A DNA stretch of 64,000 nt, from positions 9,972 through 73,971 of IMG/VR virus record IMGVR_UViG_3300037141_000177; one strand, 5' to 3'. The DNA is from a virus. The position numbers were made by a program, and so were the translations under genes. The notes under the pieces are model-generated. The model saw only the letters and a program-made list of their open reading frames with translations, was not told the origin of the DNA and searched no databases. Below are positions 59,861 through 64,000 of this stretch, one piece after another; the first letter of the stretch is position 1; each line of letters starts with the position of its first letter.

Positions 59861-59876
59861 TTCGTGATGCTACATT
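59861..59876 (+). promoter_or_regulatory. Degenerate late promoter motif TTCGTGATGCTACATT
   Basis: Same spacing as the other copies, upstream of tagged protein 3. Confidence 0.5.
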
Positions 59877-59905
59877 GGGGAGAACTAGCCAATTAGGTGT
59901 CACGA

Positions 59906-61603
59906 ATGTCCGCACCCGTCCTGTTTCTGAAGGCTCACGTCAAGACGTTCACTCGCAAGGACGGGGTGGTCGTGCAAGCGCACGAGACGAAGGTGAACGC
60001 CAAGGGCAAGCCTGCCGCGGCTCCCTTAAAGTCGAAAATTGCGCAGTGGGCGGGCTGGAACACGAAGGCACCGCTCGATCTCGGCACCGCCACGGTGGCC
60101 GTAGACCATATTCCCGAACCCAAGAAGAAGGTTGCGGCCAAGCCGACCGGCTGGCCGTTCGTCGACGAGCAGGTCAAACCCGAACCCAAAGCTTCGAAAG
60201 TGGTTAGCGCCAAGTACGGCGCTGGTGCCGCTCGTGGCAAGCAGAGCGGTCTGTTCGGGTCAAGCTACGGGAAAGGGGCTTACCCGAACGCGATCACCCA
60301 TCCCCAGCGCGGCGAGGGCGGTAAGCCCGTCAAGGTCAACGAGCCGTCTGCGGCGTCCGACGCGGCGACGTGGAGCGATCCTGCGGCTGTCGCCGTGTTC
60401 GTTCCCGGTGGCGATGCGCCGGCGGTGCTGAACGGCGTGGCGCTCGCGCCGTGGCTCGACCATCCGAAAACGCTCGAGGGCTGGGATCTGGTGCCCGGGC
60501 AAATGGACGACCTGGTTGAGCCGGATATGGTCCTGAAGGGCAAGGAGCCTGCGGCCGGGGTGGTGATTGAGGAGGCGGACGGGCGCATATGGATGGTCAA
60601 GCCGTCGAATGGCTTCGCGGGTTACGTCACCACGTTTCCGAAGGGCCACGCCGATGACGGTCTGTCGATGCAGGCTACGGCGATCAAGGAGGCATTCGAG
60701 GAATCCGGCATGCAGGTGGAAATCACCGGCTTGATCGGGGACGTTGAGCGCGGCCAGACCATGACTCGCTACTACCGTGCGCGCCGTGTGGGCGGCTCGC
60801 CGACGGCGATGGGGTGGGAGTCGCAGGCGGTGGTTCTGGCGCCGCCCGGGGCGGTCCACGGCGAGCTGAACCGGCAATACGACCGCACGGTCGCCTCGCT
60901 CGCGGGTATCACTTCTCCGGAGGGGCTGGTGGAGACAGCGGACGATTGGGAAAAGACGGGAAAGAACACCGGCACAAACCCGGGGGGCTTCTATACAGAC
61001 CCGGCTGGCGAGCACTGGTACGTCAAGGTGCCGAAGTCGACGGCTATCGCGAAAAACGAGGTGCTCGCCGCGAAGCTATACGAAGCGGCGGGGGTGACGG
61101 TGCCCGAGTTGAAGCACGTCACGCTGGGCGGAAAGATGGCGATTGCCTCGCAGATCATTCCCGGCCTCTCGAAGCTGAAGCCGGGAGCCGACGTCGCGGG
61201 GGTGATGGACGGCTTCGCGGTTGACGCGTGGCTCGCCAATTGGGATGTGGTCGGGCTTGAGCACGACAACCTCCTCGAGGACGTGCTCGGGCAGGCGGTG
61301 CGCGTCGACGTGGGCGGCTCGCTGCTGTTTCGCGCGCAGGGCGAGCCGAAGGGTAAGGCGTTTGGGCACGAGGTGGGCGAGCTCGACACGCTCACGAGCG
61401 GCAAGAACCCGCAATCCGCCTCGGTGTTCGGGGGGATTACGCACGACGAGCTGATGGCGGGCGTGGCAAAGGTCGCCTCGGTACCGGTGGACACCATTCG
61501 GGCCGCGTGCGAGACGTACGGTCCGGGGACTGCCAAACAGCGCGTGGCGCTCGCCGATACGCTGATTGCTCGCCGGGAATATTTGCTTAATCTGCAACAA
61601 TAA
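59906..61603 (+). CDS. LFLKA-tagged Nudix hydrolase plus HipA/PI3K-like kinase
   Basis: Nudix box PKG.....L.......KEA.EESG (60644-60709); kinase 60941-61590 paralogous to the one in the large protein. Confidence 0.75.
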   Translation: MSAPVLFLKAHVKTFTRKDGVVVQAHETKVNAKGKPAAAPLKSKIAQWAGWNTKAPLDLGTATVAVDHIPEPKKKVAAKPTGWPFVDEQVKPEPKASKVVSAKYGAGAARGKQSGLFGSSYGKGAYPNAITHPQRGEGGKPVKVNEPSAASDAATWSDPAAVAVFVPGGDAPAVLNGVALAPWLDHPKTLEGWDLVPGQMDDLVEPDMVLKGKEPAAGVVIEEADGRIWMVKPSNGFAGYVTTFPKGHADDGLSMQATAIKEAFEESGMQVEITGLIGDVERGQTMTRYYRARRVGGSPTAMGWESQAVVLAPPGAVHGELNRQYDRTVASLAGITSPEGLVETADDWEKTGKNTGTNPGGFYTDPAGEHWYVKVPKSTAIAKNEVLAAKLYEAAGVTVPELKHVTLGGKMAIASQIIPGLSKLKPGADVAGVMDGFAVDAWLANWDVVGLEHDNLLEDVLGQAVRVDVGGSLLFRAQGEPKGKAFGHEVGELDTLTSGKNPQSASVFGGITHDELMAGVAKVASVPVDTIRAACETYGPGTAKQRVALADTLIARREYLLNLQQ

Positions 61604-61621
61604 TTGTGCGTTAGCCGCAAA
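61604..61621. promoter_or_regulatory. Putative operator TTGTGCGTTAGCCGCAAA
   Basis: Matches TTnTGCG-N6-GCAA, upstream of the rightward small-ORF operon. Confidence 0.55.
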
Positions 61622-61704
61622 TAAAGACACGCGGAAACGGTTTTTGTGGGGATATGGATGGCAGTATGCATTCGTCAACTTCCCCACCAAACCGAGGTTT
61701 CCCC

Positions 61705-62076
61705 ATGTGGATCTGTCTGAATCAAGCGTTTCTCTCCATCGTTTCAAACCCTGCCGACAAAGCCACGCTGCTCGTGCGCGCTCGCCGTGTTGGCGACCTC
61801 GAGCATGTGTTCGGTGCTGACACGGTGGTCACCACGATCCCGGGCCGCGACTATCAATTCCGCGCGTTCCTGCCGCGTGAGCAGGTGGGTCGCGTCATCG
61901 CCGCAAACGTGGAGATGATCTCGTATCCCAACTTCAAAAGCTCGGTGAAGGACGACTCGCTGCATGACGCGTACATGGCGATTTGGCACGTCATGGCCGA
62001 TCTGCAACCGACGGCTCCCTATGCCGATGCGCCCCGCAAGAATTTTCGTAAGCATCCTGTTCGGACAACGCGATGA
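61705..62076 (+). CDS. Conserved hypothetical protein
   Basis: MWI....FLSIV, LLVRAR..GDL, DY.FRA, YPNFK..V, HDAY..W; GAGG RBS. Confidence 0.65.
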   Translation: MWICLNQAFLSIVSNPADKATLLVRARRVGDLEHVFGADTVVTTIPGRDYQFRAFLPREQVGRVIAANVEMISYPNFKSSVKDDSLHDAYMAIWHVMADLQPTAPYADAPRKNFRKHPVRTTR

Positions 62077-62314
62077 AAACCGGCCTCGGCTTCTCGACGC
62101 GATTCACCTTCGAGTGGACATACGACGGCGATGAAACGTTCGAGCATGAGCAGGTGACGCTCGAAGCCCCTGATGTATGGGCGGCTTGGCGGCGTCTCGC
62201 AGGGCAACTCATCAACGTTGCCGAAGGTTCGCGCGTTCCGCTTAACGTGAGGCTTCTTGACACTCCCGACGCGGTCGCGGCACCGCTTAAAACGCGGACA
62301 AAGGGAGCGGGAAA

Positions 62315-62557
62315 ATGAAAGACTGCCCGTTCTGCCGCAACCCGCTAAATCCGGGTGCCACAGCGTGTGGCCACTGCGGTTCGTTTCTGCGAATCAGCAC
62401 GCTTAGCTCGGTGCGCAAATTGGTTGCCCTCGTTTGGATTCTGTTCGGTCTGTTCCTTACGTGGGCGCTTTTCCCGGCACCGCTCGGCCCGATCATTCTC
62501 GTCTTGTCGCTCATCGTGTTTGTCATTCCGTCGAAAGTTGGTTGGACCAAGCATTAA
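62315..62557 (+). CDS. Zinc-ribbon membrane protein
   Basis: CPFC..C.HCG followed by two transmembrane helices. Confidence 0.55.
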   Translation: MKDCPFCRNPLNPGATACGHCGSFLRISTLSSVRKLVALVWILFGLFLTWALFPAPLGPIILVLSLIVFVIPSKVGWTKH

Positions 62558-62598
62558 GCCTCTCGCTGCACCGACACTCAAAACCACAAGGATTCGCC

Positions 62599-63132
62599 AT
62601 GTCGATTTATACCGCTACGAAAATCAAAACGTTTGAAGGGATGGAAGGGCGCGGTTACAACGCGACGCTCCTGCGCGATGGAAAGCCCGTAGCAGAGGTC
62701 ATTGACGACGCGAGCGGCGGCGGCACGATGTTCCACTGGCTGGACCGCGATGCGAAAGCCGTGGTGCGCACGGTGAACCACAAGGACGAGCCGCACGAAT
62801 ACAACGGCACGGTCGAGGAGGCGATGTTCGTCGCCTACTGCCTCACGCTGCCGAAGTGGACGTATAGCGGGATGACGTCGTTCCAGTCGACGGACATGGT
62901 GGTCGATGGCTTGGTGAATGCGGTCGAAACGGAGAGGCGTCTGAAGCGCCAGTTCAAGACGAAGCTGGTTTTCGTGGATGGTGGGCAGGAGTACTCCTAC
63001 GGTTCGAAGACGAAGGGCGTCGATCCGCTGACGCTGGTGGACGGCCTGAAGCGCAAGCGTCCGACCGCCGTGATCCTGAACCTGCTTCCGCTGGAAGAAG
63101 CGGTCCGCATGTCGCTCGCACAGGGGGAGTGA
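62599..63132 (+). CDS. Hypothetical phage protein
   Basis: AAGGA RBS; G.NA.L..DGK.VA.V.DD..GG motif. Confidence 0.55.
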   Translation: MSIYTATKIKTFEGMEGRGYNATLLRDGKPVAEVIDDASGGGTMFHWLDRDAKAVVRTVNHKDEPHEYNGTVEEAMFVAYCLTLPKWTYSGMTSFQSTDMVVDGLVNAVETERRLKRQFKTKLVFVDGGQEYSYGSKTKGVDPLTLVDGLKRKRPTAVILNLLPLEEAVRMSLAQGE

Positions 63133-64000
63133 ATGTCTGCCCATCTCTCGCATTGGGACGCGTCGGCGCTCGTTGCCGCATGGAGCCACAGCACGCCAGT
63201 GGTGGCGAATCTGTTTAAGCACGAGTCGCTGTGGGATAAGTCGCACCGGCTCGAGTTCGTCGACGACCGTGAGCCAGCAGGGCACACGATCTCGGTTTCG
63301 TTCTGCGCGGTCAAGGATCACCCGGAGTGGATGCGCGTGAACTCCTCGAACTGGCGCTGCGAGGACGAGCCGAACAACATTTACCCCATCATTGAATGCC
63401 GCGTGTTCTACCGTCGTCTGGTCGCGGCTGGTTTCGAGGCTTTCTGAGATGCGTAACCTGAAGCGAGGCATCTGCGAGGTCGTTAACCCGGCAATTCGGC
63501 TGGGTTGTTATTGGAGGCTGAAATGAGCGGACACTATTGGAATCCGCGTTACATGCGCGCATGGTCAGCAATATGCGATAGCACCCCCGCCGATGAAACG
63601 GCGACGTTCAATGTGTATGACATTCTTCGCGCCGAAGGCATCCCAACAGGTAGTCATTGGGGGATTATCCAGAAGGCTCAATCGGGAGCACCGCATAGGA
63701 TTGTGAAGGTCGCGCCATCGTTGTGGAAATGGCAATTTGACGTCCCGCTTCCAGACGTTGTCGTCTCGAAGTAGGCCACGTCCATGACCATCAAAGTGAT
63801 CGTGCTCGCTGGCCAGACGTTTCGTGGCGTGACCTACTTCGGCGACGCTGCGTTTGAAATGTCCGACAACTACGCGCGGTACGTGGTCGGGACGGGCGTC
63901 GCGCGCTTCGCACTGCCGTTTGTCTACGTCGACTCGTCCACCGCCACCATCGCTGATCTGAGGGCCTTCGTGCTCGAGCAAGTGGGCCACACCGAGGTGT

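Overview
This GC-rich window looks like part of a temperate phage-plasmid with a contractile (myovirus-type) tail. The host is probably betaproteobacterial (Burkholderiaceae-like), which is inference only. From left to right it holds: baseplate and tail-fibre genes with an inserted HNH endonuclease; a holin/SAR-endolysin/spanin lysis cassette; two H-NS homologues and many small early ORFs; an iteron replicon (Rep_3 initiator, five 22-bp iterons, ParA plus partner); an exonuclease-RecT-SMC-SSB-Ref recombination operon; a cI/cro-like switch; a second, lytic-type initiator with internal iterons; HU; a dense structured-RNA region; a terminase-small-like gene followed by three DNA methyltransferases and a NinI-like phosphatase; and a BrnT/BrnA toxin-antitoxin pair. 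No integrase, capsid, portal or large terminase gene is visible. The strongest candidate for a new system is at 53.8-62.1 kb. Three proteins there share an N-terminal 'LFLKA..V.tFtR.dGVVV.gH' tag, and each sits behind a copy of the motif (GTCGTGACG-based) that also precedes tail and lysis genes. Together they carry WGR, two paralogous HipA/PI3K-like kinase, ADP-ribosyltransferase and Nudix domains and an SSB-tail mimic. I infer a capsid-packaged, injected effector set. Other notable items are three dispersed regulatory motif families, a stand-alone CapW/BrxR-like wHTH, and tRNA-like kissing-loop RNA elements. All family calls come from reading motifs by eye; no searches were run.
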